Source: a virus
Lineage: Duplodnaviria > Caudoviricetes
Reading direction: 5' to 3' (one strand)
DNA length: 32,125 nt
IMG/VR virus record: IMGVR_UViG_3300017747_000630
Coordinates: 1-32,125 of that record
Under the pieces are notes generated by a model, which worked only from the letters and a program-made list of their open reading frames with translations, was not told the DNA's origin and ran no database searches. The position numbers and the translations under genes were made by a program. Positions 1 to 6,909 of this stretch are shown in pieces (position 1 is the first letter of the stretch; every line of letters starts with the position of its first letter).

Positions 1-39
1 TACAGGTACTTCTTGTTGGAATTCAGCCAACGCTTTAAA
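1..39. repeat. Terminal overlap, left copy (matches 32087-32125); circularly permuted genome
   Basis: 36/39 identical to the last 39 bp; mismatches at positions 4, 7 and 22 are synonymous third positions in the ERF frame. Confidence 0.93.
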
Positions 40-51
40 TAAATGTTTCAT
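1..51 (-). CDS. 5' end of ERF-family single-strand annealing protein (wraps across the window ends)
   Basis: ATG at 51 gives MKHLFKALAEFQQEVPV, which overlaps the AEFQQEVPV start of ORF 31598..32116. Confidence 0.9.
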   Translation of the reverse strand, partial: MKHLFKALAEFQQEVPV

Positions 52-74
52 AGTGTTTAATTATTTATTGTTTA

Positions 75-102
75 CAAATATACTACTTTTCAACGAAAGC
101 AA
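75..102 (-). promoter_or_regulatory. Bacteroidota sigma70-type early promoter for the recombination operon
   Basis: TATATTTG (-7 TAnnTTTG consensus) at 82-75; TTG 17 nt upstream; ATG at 51. Confidence 0.72.
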
Positions 103-502
103 GTTTAGTTCTAATTAATTTTTCAAGGTGCATAAGTGAATTAATTTCACGTATTCCTATTTCGTCGTTGTACTCTATCTCTTGTTCTATTAGGTCAACA
201 ATTTTGTTTACTTTTTCATCTAAAGACGGATTCCACTTTCTATCCTGTACACACTTTAAAGAATGAACTACGGTTGAATGATTATGTCTAAAGAAAGAAC
301 CAGCTTCAGTAAGAGAGTTATATTCCATAGCGTACCAACTCATTCCTATCTGTCTCCATTGCATCACTTCTTGTTTACGGTTCTTCTGTCTTAAATACTC
401 AATAGAGAAAGGACAAGCTATTAAGAAATCCTCAAATAGAAATCGTTTGTTTTTACCGAATGTTTTTTTTGTGTTTCTGATCGTGTTTAGTTCGTAACTC
501 AT
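83..502 (-). CDS. DnaA domain IV (Bac_DnaA_C)-like HTH DNA-binding protein
   Basis: RKQEVMQWRQIGM...SLTEAGSFFRHNHSTVVHS resembles the DnaA C-terminal signature RxxxxxxxRQxxM...SLxxIGxxFxRDHTTVxHA. Confidence 0.7.
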   Translation of the reverse strand: MSYELNTIRNTKKTFGKNKRFLFEDFLIACPFSIEYLRQKNRKQEVMQWRQIGMSWYAMEYNSLTEAGSFFRHNHSTVVHSLKCVQDRKWNPSLDEKVNKIVDLIEQEIEYNDEIGIREINSLMHLEKLIRTKLAFVEK

Positions 503-503
503 T

Positions 504-722
504 TTACTCTTGTTTTAAGGTGTATTTTGTATTATAATAATCTCTATTAAATCTGTATTTATTTGAAGAGTCTGTATATCCGCTTGAGTAGGACTCTATT
601 ATCTGCTCTTCTTCCATTTCTTTGGCTTGTTGAATAATAGCTTCTCTATCTGTTTTATCAGCAAATTTCCATTTAGCTGTATTAACTTGATCTATAAGCC
701 ATTCTACTGCTGTCTGTTTCAT
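504..722 (-). CDS. Hypothetical early protein (MKQTAVEWL...AKEMEEEQI...YYN type), 72 aa
   Basis: ATG at 722 immediately after the upstream stop; similar to 724..951. Confidence 0.75.
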   Translation of the reverse strand: MKQTAVEWLIDQVNTAKWKFADKTDREAIIQQAKEMEEEQIIESYSSGYTDSSNKYRFNRDYYNTKYTLKQE

Positions 723-723
723 C

Positions 724-951
724 TTACTCTGATTTAAAGGTTTCGTTGTAGTAATTGCTTCCGTGATAAATAGCATTGCCTTCTTGCACACAAGCACCAT
801 TATCATATCCGATTTCAAAAGCATTAACTATCTGCTCCTTCTCTTTTTCTAATTTAAAATTGAGTAATTCTAATATCTGTTCTTTTGTGTATATAGATTG
901 CATCCTATCGTTTTCAATAAAATGTATTAGTTCTTGTATTGCCGTTTTCAT
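724..951 (-). CDS. Hypothetical early protein (MKTAIQELI...EKEKEQI...YYNETF), 75 aa
   Basis: ATGA coupling with upstream ORF at 948-951; similar to 504..722. Confidence 0.75.
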   Translation of the reverse strand: MKTAIQELIHFIENDRMQSIYTKEQILELLNFKLEKEKEQIVNAFEIGYDNGACVQEGNAIYHGSNYYNETFKSE

Positions 952-1091
952 ATCTCGTTTATATCTGTTATTAATCCTTTCCAAAGTGTAAAGCGTTCTT
1001 TAGCTTCTGAATGTGTGTAAGCACGAACTATTAAATAACGTGTCTCCCAATCTTTAACTTTTACTCTGTATGTTATCTTATAGCTTTTCAT
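948..1091 (-). CDS. Hypothetical 47-aa protein MKSYKITYRVKVKDWETRYLIVRAY...
   Basis: Manually translated; fills the gap and overlaps both neighbours. Confidence 0.7.
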   Translation of the reverse strand: MKSYKITYRVKVKDWETRYLIVRAYTHSEAKERFTLWKGLITDINEI

Positions 1092-1266
1092 AACTTCTGA
1101 TCTCTGAGATTCGGTTAACTAATGCTGCATTGTAATTATCCCAGTAGCGTTTTAAGTCTCCGTGTCTTACTCCGTTGTTAGGGATAAACTCGTTCTCTAA
1201 TGTCGTAGCTTTTAAGTGTTGGTTTAATACCTGTACTGCTTTCTTAAATGGGTTACGTGTTTTCAT
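1078..1266 (-). CDS. Hypothetical early protein
   Basis: ORF track; ATGA coupling with upstream gene. Confidence 0.7.
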   Translation of the reverse strand: MKTRNPFKKAVQVLNQHLKATTLENEFIPNNGVRHGDLKRYWDNYNAALVNRISEIRSYEKL

Positions 1267-1400
1267 AGCGATAATATTAGTTTGTGATACTCCTTAATTA
1301 AATTCTCTAATCTGTTTAACGTTTCTTTTGAATATACTTCAGCGTTCTCTTGTCGTTCAATTTCTAATTGTTCAACGTATTTAATTAAATCTTCTTTCAT
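1263..1400 (-). CDS. Hypothetical 45-aa helical early protein (MKEDLIKYVEQ...)
   Basis: ATG at 1400 overlaps upstream TGA; context ACGCTATGAAA. Confidence 0.7.
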   Translation of the reverse strand: MKEDLIKYVEQLEIERQENAEVYSKETLNRLENLIKEYHKLILSL

Positions 1401-1636
1401 AGCGTGTTTTCGTTGATATTGTTTACTAATACTCGGTAGCTTCTCCATATACGTTCTACTACTCGTTCTTGAAATTCAATATCCTCGTCAGAATGAGTTT
1501 CAAATCCGTTCGGGATTGCTACCTCTACATTCCATCTGCACATTGATTCTACTTTCTTTTGCGCTTCTTCGCAAAGTTCTAAAAGCTGGTCTGCTCTCAG
1601 GTGAAGCATACGGGCTTCTTTCAGTTGTTTTTTCAT
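1397..1636 (-). CDS. Hypothetical 79-aa protein, first gene of an early operon (MKKQLKEARM...)
   Basis: ATG at 1636 lies downstream of the promoter at 1660-1689; context AAGAAACACTATGAAA. Confidence 0.75.
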   Translation of the reverse strand: MKKQLKEARMLHLRADQLLELCEEAQKKVESMCRWNVEVAIPNGFETHSDEDIEFQERVVERIWRSYRVLVNNINENTL

Positions 1637-1659
1637 AGTGTTTCTTTTAATTGTTTTGA

Positions 1660-1689
1660 CAAATATAAGCACTATTTGTTAATAAGCAA
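1660..1689 (-). promoter_or_regulatory. Bacteroidota sigma70-type early promoter
   Basis: TTG-N19-TATATTTG, matching the Flavobacterium/Bacteroides -33/-7 consensus. Confidence 0.8.
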
Positions 1690-1732
1690 TTACTTTTAAA
1701 CAATTATTTAATTAACATTTGATTGTTAATAG
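1677..1732. promoter_or_regulatory. Cluster of DnaA-box-like 9-mers (TTATTAACA type) in an AT-rich intergenic region
   Basis: tgttaataa 1677-1685, ttttaaaca 1694-1702, taattaaca 1709-1717, tgttaatag 1724-1732; the last two are inverted. Confidence 0.4.
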
Positions 1733-1778
1733 CAAATACTCTTTACAAATAAAGGCTTTTATGTAAATACTATTTAAT

Positions 1779-1803
1779 AAAAAAGGGCAGCCAAAGCCAC
1801 CCT
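1779..1803 (-). terminator. Intrinsic terminator ending the late/lysis region
   Basis: AGGGTGGC-TTTG-GCTGCCCT followed by a T-run. Confidence 0.85.
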
Positions 1804-1827
1804 CTAAACACCTAAAAGAAACAAAAA

Positions 1828-2607
1828 CTATTTTATATTCTTGACTAAGATAAGATGTTTAAGCCAATCCTGATAAGTTTTGTTACTAACAGTATATGCG
1901 CTTCGACATCCTTCCTTACATACGAAAGAATGACGCATTACTCCGGCACTCGTTGTGTACGTCTTAGATAACTTAACATTGTACGTACCGCAATTAGGAC
2001 ACTCGAACTTATCCCCACCTCTTAACATAGCGTAGTTTAGTTTATGCTTTGAATATGGTCTTAGCTTATCAAATACCTTTTCTAAGATTACTACGTCTTG
2101 TTTACAATACTCCACCATATGTTCTAAGGCAGTTTCGTCTTTCTCTAAACACACTTTTTTCCATAGATCAAGCCCACCCGTTTCTAACTTTTTACCTACT
2201 CCTAAATATTGGGCAATATAGTCTAACTTATTAGAATTAAAAATAAAGCCACTTTTAGCCATTTTAAGCGTGTCTAACGTTTGATAGGTAGGGAACATAT
2301 CAACGCTATGGTAAACGCATCTTGTGCGCAGCCATTTGACATCAAATCTATCTGAGTTATGCCCGATAAGTTCATCTGCTTTATTTACCTCTTTTAAAAA
2401 GGTTTTTAGCATTGCTTTATCATTTTGCTTTTTATCCCAAGTTAAGGAATGTACTTCGTCTTTTCCTTCCCACTTCCAACAGATGCAAATAATAGCACGT
2501 TCCTGAATAATGTCAAATGGAGTTATAGTTAGATTATATCCAGTTCTCCAGCTTAAAACGACATTTGGGCTTACTTCAATATCGAAGAAGAGTCTTTTCC
2601 TTGTCAT
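1828..2607 (-). CDS. DEDD/DnaQ-like 3'-5' exonuclease (RNase_H_2/YprB-like) with C-terminal zinc ribbon
   Basis: FFDIE, GHNSDRFD, DTL and YCKQDV exonuclease motifs; CPNC...CKEGC. Confidence 0.82.
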   Translation of the reverse strand: MTRKRLFFDIEVSPNVVLSWRTGYNLTITPFDIIQERAIICICWKWEGKDEVHSLTWDKKQNDKAMLKTFLKEVNKADELIGHNSDRFDVKWLRTRCVYHSVDMFPTYQTLDTLKMAKSGFIFNSNKLDYIAQYLGVGKKLETGGLDLWKKVCLEKDETALEHMVEYCKQDVVILEKVFDKLRPYSKHKLNYAMLRGGDKFECPNCGTYNVKLSKTYTTSAGVMRHSFVCKEGCRSAYTVSNKTYQDWLKHLILVKNIK

Positions 2608-2617
2608 AGTTTAAATG

Positions 2618-2640
2618 AAAAAGCCGAGGGGTTACTCGGC
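2618..2640 (-). terminator. Intrinsic terminator after the endolysin
   Basis: GCCGAG-TAACCC-CTCGGC-TTTTT. Confidence 0.8.
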
Positions 2641-2641
2641 G

Positions 2642-3094
2642 TTATTTTCTTACGTAAGGTATGTAGGTAGTCTTTCCACCCTTCTTCACCATTCGAAGTA
2701 CTTGTTTTCTAAGTCTTCCTTTTCTATAAGAGATATGAAACCAATCTGCTTTATCAGTAGTTCCACCTTCAAAAATTAATTGATCGAACTCTACGTTATC
2801 AATAATCCACTCAAACAAGTTTCTATCGTGTAAATCTAAGTCTATTGCTTCGCCTAAACTATGCTGAGATGTAGTTGAAGCGTTGGCTATTGCCCTGTTT
2901 AAAGCACCACTTCTAAAACCTGAGTTAATACGTATAGGCGCACCTACTTTAGTACGTATAGGCTCAAAGCAATTCTCACATACTAACTTGGCTCTTTCAA
3001 TTTCCCATTCATTCATAGAGTTGTTAATACCTCTATTAATTGCAGTTTCGCTTCTTTCAAACTCTGCTAGAGTTACGTGTTTTGATAAATTCAT
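2642..3094 (-). CDS. Endolysin, peptidase M15A family (Zn peptidase)
   Basis: INSGFRS..LN.AI...TSQHSLGEAID...WFHISY motifs; follows the holin. Confidence 0.9.
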   Translation of the reverse strand: MNLSKHVTLAEFERSETAINRGINNSMNEWEIERAKLVCENCFEPIRTKVGAPIRINSGFRSGALNRAIANASTTSQHSLGEAIDLDLHDRNLFEWIIDNVEFDQLIFEGGTTDKADWFHISYRKGRLRKQVLRMVKKGGKTTYIPYVRK

Positions 3095-3097
3095 AGA

Positions 3098-3301
3098 TTA
3101 CTCTTTGGTTAGTTGGCTAAGTGTAGCTGTTACACCACCTACCGCTACTAAATACCCTGCTCCTGTAATGATCGAAGCGGGTAATGCTACCGGTGCAGCA
3201 AGTAAAGTAGCCCCAATAACTCCAGCTATTACTCCTACTCGTTGAACTTTCTTCCAAAACTCAGGAGTTTTAGCCTTCCATCTGTCTCTTAGACTTTCCA
3301 T
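3098..3301 (-). CDS. Putative holin
   Basis: RWKAKTPEFWKKV basic N-terminus plus two hydrophobic segments; directly upstream of endolysin. Confidence 0.75.
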   Translation of the reverse strand: MESLRDRWKAKTPEFWKKVQRVGVIAGVIGATLLAAPVALPASIITGAGYLVAVGGVTATLSQLTKE

Positions 3302-3518
3302 ATTTTTCTTCTTTTGGTAAAATTGCGTAGATAGGTTCGTATTTGTGTAGACTTGGCTTATGTACCGGTGTAGCTTTCATCTGTGCGCTATCTTCTAAGC
3401 AGTCATATAATTTAGCTTCTACGTTAGAAAGACGGTTATTAAGCCAAAATATAGCACAAATCAAAAGGAAAGATGTGCCGTGCTTTTTTGTATAATCTGC
3501 GACTATCTGAGGTGTCAT
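3270..3518 (-). CDS. Single-TM lysis-associated protein (holin/antiholin-like)
   Basis: N-terminal TM (SFLLICAIFWL), short coiled coil; position in the lysis cassette. Confidence 0.5.
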   Translation of the reverse strand: MTPQIVADYTKKHGTSFLLICAIFWLNNRLSNVEAKLYDCLEDSAQMKATPVHKPSLHKYEPIYAILPKEEKYGKSKRQMEG

Positions 3519-4543
3519 TTAATTATCTTTTGAATAGTTCCGTCTGAGTAAATAAGTAAATACACTTGCCCTTCTGTAAGCGTTTCTACTTGTTGCCCTA
3601 ACATATTAACTACTTTTAATAAGATTCGTTGTTTTTGTTCTTGAATAAAAATGATATCTAACTCAGTTTTAGTACCATCTTTATCCGTTTGTGATAGTTT
3701 AAAATAGCCTTTCCCTTCCGTGTTCTGAATAGCATAGCGTTTAGGCTCTATAGAGTAAACAAATCCGTTTACATATTCTACATCTTCAAAGGTATATCCA
3801 TCTAAACTATGGCTTATAGTATAGTAATCGTTATTAAATTCAGATGCGCTTTCCCACCATAGACTATCTAAGTTTCCTTTAAAAGAAACAAACTCTATAG
3901 GTAAGGGATTCGTGATTTGCCAAAGTTCAATGTTATCTACCCACCATTCTTCACCAGCTGAATTAACACGGGCTAAGATGTCTACCGCTATTTGAGTTAT
4001 TCCGCTAATCTTTAGTTTAATTGTAGAATATCCCGTACTTAATCCGTTATTATTTCCGCTTACACTTGCATAAACATCCGTAGAACTATTATATACTCCG
4101 TCTGCTGTGTGGTTTATAGTTGCTGACTGATAAGCCCACGTAGAGTTATTAAAGCCCGTTATACGTAATTCTGATGTATATGTTAGTTCGTTATCTCTAC
4201 TTACTTGCACTTCGATTAAATCAGCTACATCTACTCCCCTTGTTGTGGCAGTTGCATTACTGAAAGTGTACGATCCTAAACGAAATCTAAACTCGTATTG
4301 ATACAATGGATTTAAGCCCGTTACATTAGGTAATGAATACCAATTTTGTTCTGTTGCTGAAGTCCCGTTACCCGCACCTAAGATGGCTGCTGAAGTAGTA
4401 CCGCTTGTGGATGCGTTTGTATAATAACTCGCTGGTGTTATATTCCACCAAGCACCCGCCCAAGTCCAAGACTCTATGTTATCGTATTTTAATAGTGTCT
4501 GAGAAAAAGACGAAAAACTAATCAAAATAAATAAAAGTCTCAT
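3515..4543 (-). CDS. Secreted protein with signal peptide, LPIEF Ig-like domain and T9SS C-terminal sorting-like domain
   Basis: MRLLFILISFSSFS/Q signal peptide; NPLPIEFVSFKG..W.SASEFNNDYY.I..S.DG...YFKLSQTDKDG; C-terminus KVVNMLGQQV...VYLLIYSDGTIQKIIK. Confidence 0.8.
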   Translation of the reverse strand: MRLLFILISFSSFSQTLLKYDNIESWTWAGAWWNITPASYYTNASTSGTTSAAILGAGNGTSATEQNWYSLPNVTGLNPLYQYEFRFRLGSYTFSNATATTRGVDVADLIEVQVSRDNELTYTSELRITGFNNSTWAYQSATINHTADGVYNSSTDVYASVSGNNNGLSTGYSTIKLKISGITQIAVDILARVNSAGEEWWVDNIELWQITNPLPIEFVSFKGNLDSLWWESASEFNNDYYTISHSLDGYTFEDVEYVNGFVYSIEPKRYAIQNTEGKGYFKLSQTDKDGTKTELDIIFIQEQKQRILLKVVNMLGQQVETLTEGQVYLLIYSDGTIQKIIK

Positions 4544-4546
4544 AGC

Positions 4547-4570
4547 AAAAAAGGCAGTCTTTAAACTGCC
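4547..4570 (-). terminator. Intrinsic terminator after the fibre genes
   Basis: GGCAGT-TTAAAG-ACTGCC-TTTTTT, ending 3 nt before the ATG at 4543. Confidence 0.8.
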
Positions 4571-4581
4571 CTTGTATTAAG

Positions 4582-4839
4582 TTAATTCAATGGAGGAAAC
4601 GGAGGAGATGGCTTCGGCTTATATGCTATCAATTCCAAGTCCTTAACCCACATCACATCAGGATTCACGCATTGGCTCATCTCTTCTGTTGAAATGATCC
4701 AGTTGTCATCCGCATCTTGAATAGGATTGAAGTAGCTGTCAGGTGCGAACCATTGTCCTACAAGTTCGTCTTTCTGTGCGATTGTCAAAAGTCCTACATA
4801 GTTAGGATATTCTGCTTGTGTTATGTCTATTAGTTTCAT
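4582..4839 (-). CDS. Small protein following the fibre gene, possible fibre chaperone
   Basis: Position after the 270-aa fibre; acidic with Pro-rich tail. Confidence 0.5.
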   Translation of the reverse strand: MKLIDITQAEYPNYVGLLTIAQKDELVGQWFAPDSYFNPIQDADDNWIISTEEMSQCVNPDVMWVKDLELIAYKPKPSPPFPPLN

Positions 4840-4840
4840 A

Positions 4841-5653
4841 TTATACGTTTCTGCTTAATGTTGTTTGGAATGTCTGTACTGCTGTATAGAAGTTGTCTAT
4901 TTCAGTTTGTGTCAATGTATCTCCAATAAAAGCAAATGCAGTTTCTCTATCAGAATATACATTTGATGGTCCTGGATTTGTTGAATTACCTGCACCAACA
5001 TAAATGTTTACGTCTGAAATTGTACCTACCGCTTCTGTTTCTGAAGTATTAATAGTTACATTACCTCTTTTATGTTGTCGTTGAACACCGCTATCTCTTA
5101 CTACAGTATAAAAACCTCTTGAATCAGAATTGCTGTCTCCGCTACCAATTAAAGATGAACCCAATGCACATCCATAATATGTAGTACCAAGAAAAGAACT
5201 ATAGATCAGTATTCCCTCAGATGCGTTATTTGTATTTCCAGCACCCATATCTGCACCCTGAACAGAAGAATCAGTACGTAAATAAGTACCTATTGATGCA
5301 GTAGATGTACTTGTAAAATTAGATACTTGTTTAAAACCAGTATTACCGTAGGCATTAGTTCCATTTGGTAATGCTCCCGTACTTGAGTGAGTCCATCCTC
5401 CATTCCAAGTTATTTGATAAAGAGAAGTATTGATAAAATTATATGAATGCTTGGTACTTGTCCCACCCACAAACGGATACAAAGCCTTCATTTTAGAAGT
5501 TAGTCCATAGGTAGTCAGGTCACTCTCAAGTGTATTTAATGCACCGATGATAGTCAAATCAGTTTCTCCTGTGGCTGCTATCCAGGCAGTTGTTAATGTG
5601 CCGTAACCACCGCCTGAAACTTTAGCAGCTAATCCTAATAGTCCGTAGTACAT
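4841..5653 (-). CDS. Putative receptor-binding/fibre protein (LamG/concanavalin-like beta fold suspected)
   Basis: G/S/T/N-rich; ends ...AFAFIGDTLTQTEIDNFY, like LamG-type C-termini; location. Confidence 0.55.
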   Translation of the reverse strand: MYYGLLGLAAKVSGGGYGTLTTAWIAATGETDLTIIGALNTLESDLTTYGLTSKMKALYPFVGGTSTKHSYNFINTSLYQITWNGGWTHSSTGALPNGTNAYGNTGFKQVSNFTSTSTASIGTYLRTDSSVQGADMGAGNTNNASEGILIYSSFLGTTYYGCALGSSLIGSGDSNSDSRGFYTVVRDSGVQRQHKRGNVTINTSETEAVGTISDVNIYVGAGNSTNPGPSNVYSDRETAFAFIGDTLTQTEIDNFYTAVQTFQTTLSRNV

Positions 5654-6099
5654 TACGCTTCAGTTAAAGATGCAATAACATCAAATTTATCGTCTGTAGA
5701 ATTGTAAATACATCCTACATATGTAGTCTTACTAATAGTTGTAGTAGTAGGTAGAGTAACTCCGATAGCCCTAAACTTAGTACCAAACCCAATAGAACGT
5801 GCAGTACCATTATCTTTGATTCTAAAAATCAATGCTTGACCTTCTACAAAAGTTCCCGTAGGATTAGCCAAAGTAAGTCCAGCAGCTTGTGCCGTAACCT
5901 TTACTAAGTCATTTGCGGATGTAGCAGTTACTGTAGCTGAACTTGTCACAGATTGAACACGAGGGCTTAAAATGTTTGCACCAGTTACACTTTTAGTTGT
6001 ATATGAACCACCACCCGCATCTTCTGAAATTACAAGCAAATCCGTAGCTGCTATTGCTGCACCTTTCGCTGTTAACTGACTAATTTTTTTCTCTGCCAT
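5653..6099 (-). CDS. Short fibre/decoration protein with KISQL N-terminal module
   Basis: MAEKKISQL N-terminus; LTLANPTG...GQALIFRIKDNGT beta domain. Confidence 0.55.
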   Translation of the reverse strand: MAEKKISQLTAKGAAIAATDLLVISEDAGGGSYTTKSVTGANILSPRVQSVTSSATVTATSANDLVKVTAQAAGLTLANPTGTFVEGQALIFRIKDNGTARSIGFGTKFRAIGVTLPTTTTISKTTYVGCIYNSTDDKFDVIASLTEA

Positions 6100-6109
6100 T
6101 TTTTATATT

Positions 6110-6328
6110 TTATCTTTCAGGAATTGTATCTCCCCAATATGAATAATCGTATGCTTCACCCCATCCATTGTCTGCACTTGTAGGTGCTTCGGTAACTAAG
6201 AAATCGTCTGCTTCAGTCTCCAACAGATTAAGTGCAATCTCATCTATAAAGTTGTCCCCCTCTTCAGATGGTTTACCCCATCCAATTAAGTTACTTACTG
6301 CTGCTCCCCATCCTATGTCGTTCGCCAT
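6110..6328 (-). CDS. Small virion protein with GWG repeats and LxTExxDxLxTE motif
   Basis: IGWG x2, NGWG, YWG; LLETEADDFLVTE. Confidence 0.6.
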   Translation of the reverse strand: MANDIGWGAAVSNLIGWGKPSEEGDNFIDEIALNLLETEADDFLVTEAPTSADNGWGEAYDYSYWGDTIPER

Positions 6329-6398
6329 CTTTTTCCGCTTTCTGTAAGTATAACTTTAACTTCTTTATATTGTTGTCTTTCGGTTTGTATTTTTTCAT
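6291..6398 (-). CDS. 35-aa basic peptide MKKYKPKDNNIKKLKLYLQK...
   Basis: Manually translated; ACACTATGAAA start context; fills the gap after the adaptor gene. Confidence 0.6.
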   Translation of the reverse strand: MKKYKPKDNNIKKLKLYLQKAEKDGERHRMGSSSK

Positions 6399-6408
6399 AG
6401 TGTGTAAA

Positions 6409-6909
6409 TTAGAGAACCCAGCCTAAAAAGTTATTATCCGTTCTTGGGTACATATCCCCATTAGAATTAGAGTTATACTCAGGAAAAGACGATTGGTTAA
6501 ATGCCATATAGTCTACAAATCTTTGTGTATAGTGCTGAGCTATCTGACGTTCTTTTTCTACTAAGAAATCTACTTCGTTTTTATCTACCGTTACAGCGTT
6601 CTCTGATTCGTGTTTATACACTCCTTTATTTGCGATTGTATAAGCTGCAAAAGGTAAATACTCTACCATAGCCCAATGTATAAGCATAGGCTTAATATAA
6701 GACGTTAGAAGTGTTAAATATGGGTTAGCTAAAGTACTTGCTACTATGTCGGCTTTAATCTTATTTAAAAGATCAGTTCCTAAGATAGATTGAATATGTA
6801 CGTCTTGAGCAATTTTGATAAACTGAATAAATTTATCCGTGTCTACGTTGCCATTTACGGCAGTAAACTTAACTACATCTGCTCTCGTGATTAATAATGC
6901 TTCTGCCAT
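6409..6909 (-). CDS. Putative head-tail adaptor/connector
   Basis: 166-aa helical protein directly after the portal (TAATG coupling). Confidence 0.6.
   Translation of the reverse strand: MAEALLITRADVVKFTAVNGNVDTDKFIQFIKIAQDVHIQSILGTDLLNKIKADIVASTLANPYLTLLTSYIKPMLIHWAMVEYLPFAAYTIANKGVYKHESENAVTVDKNEVDFLVEKERQIAQHYTQRFVDYMAFNQSSFPEYNSNSNGDMYPRTDNNFLGWVL

Noticed and set aside
1637-1672. Longer ORF-track starts (e.g. 1672, 1448, 984, 824, 25885, 27252)
   Set aside because: They overlap promoters or upstream genes; downstream ATGs with coupling or the shared start motif are more plausible
4841-6099. Diversity-generating retroelement acting on fibres
   Set aside because: No reverse transcriptase and no TR/VR repeat pair seen
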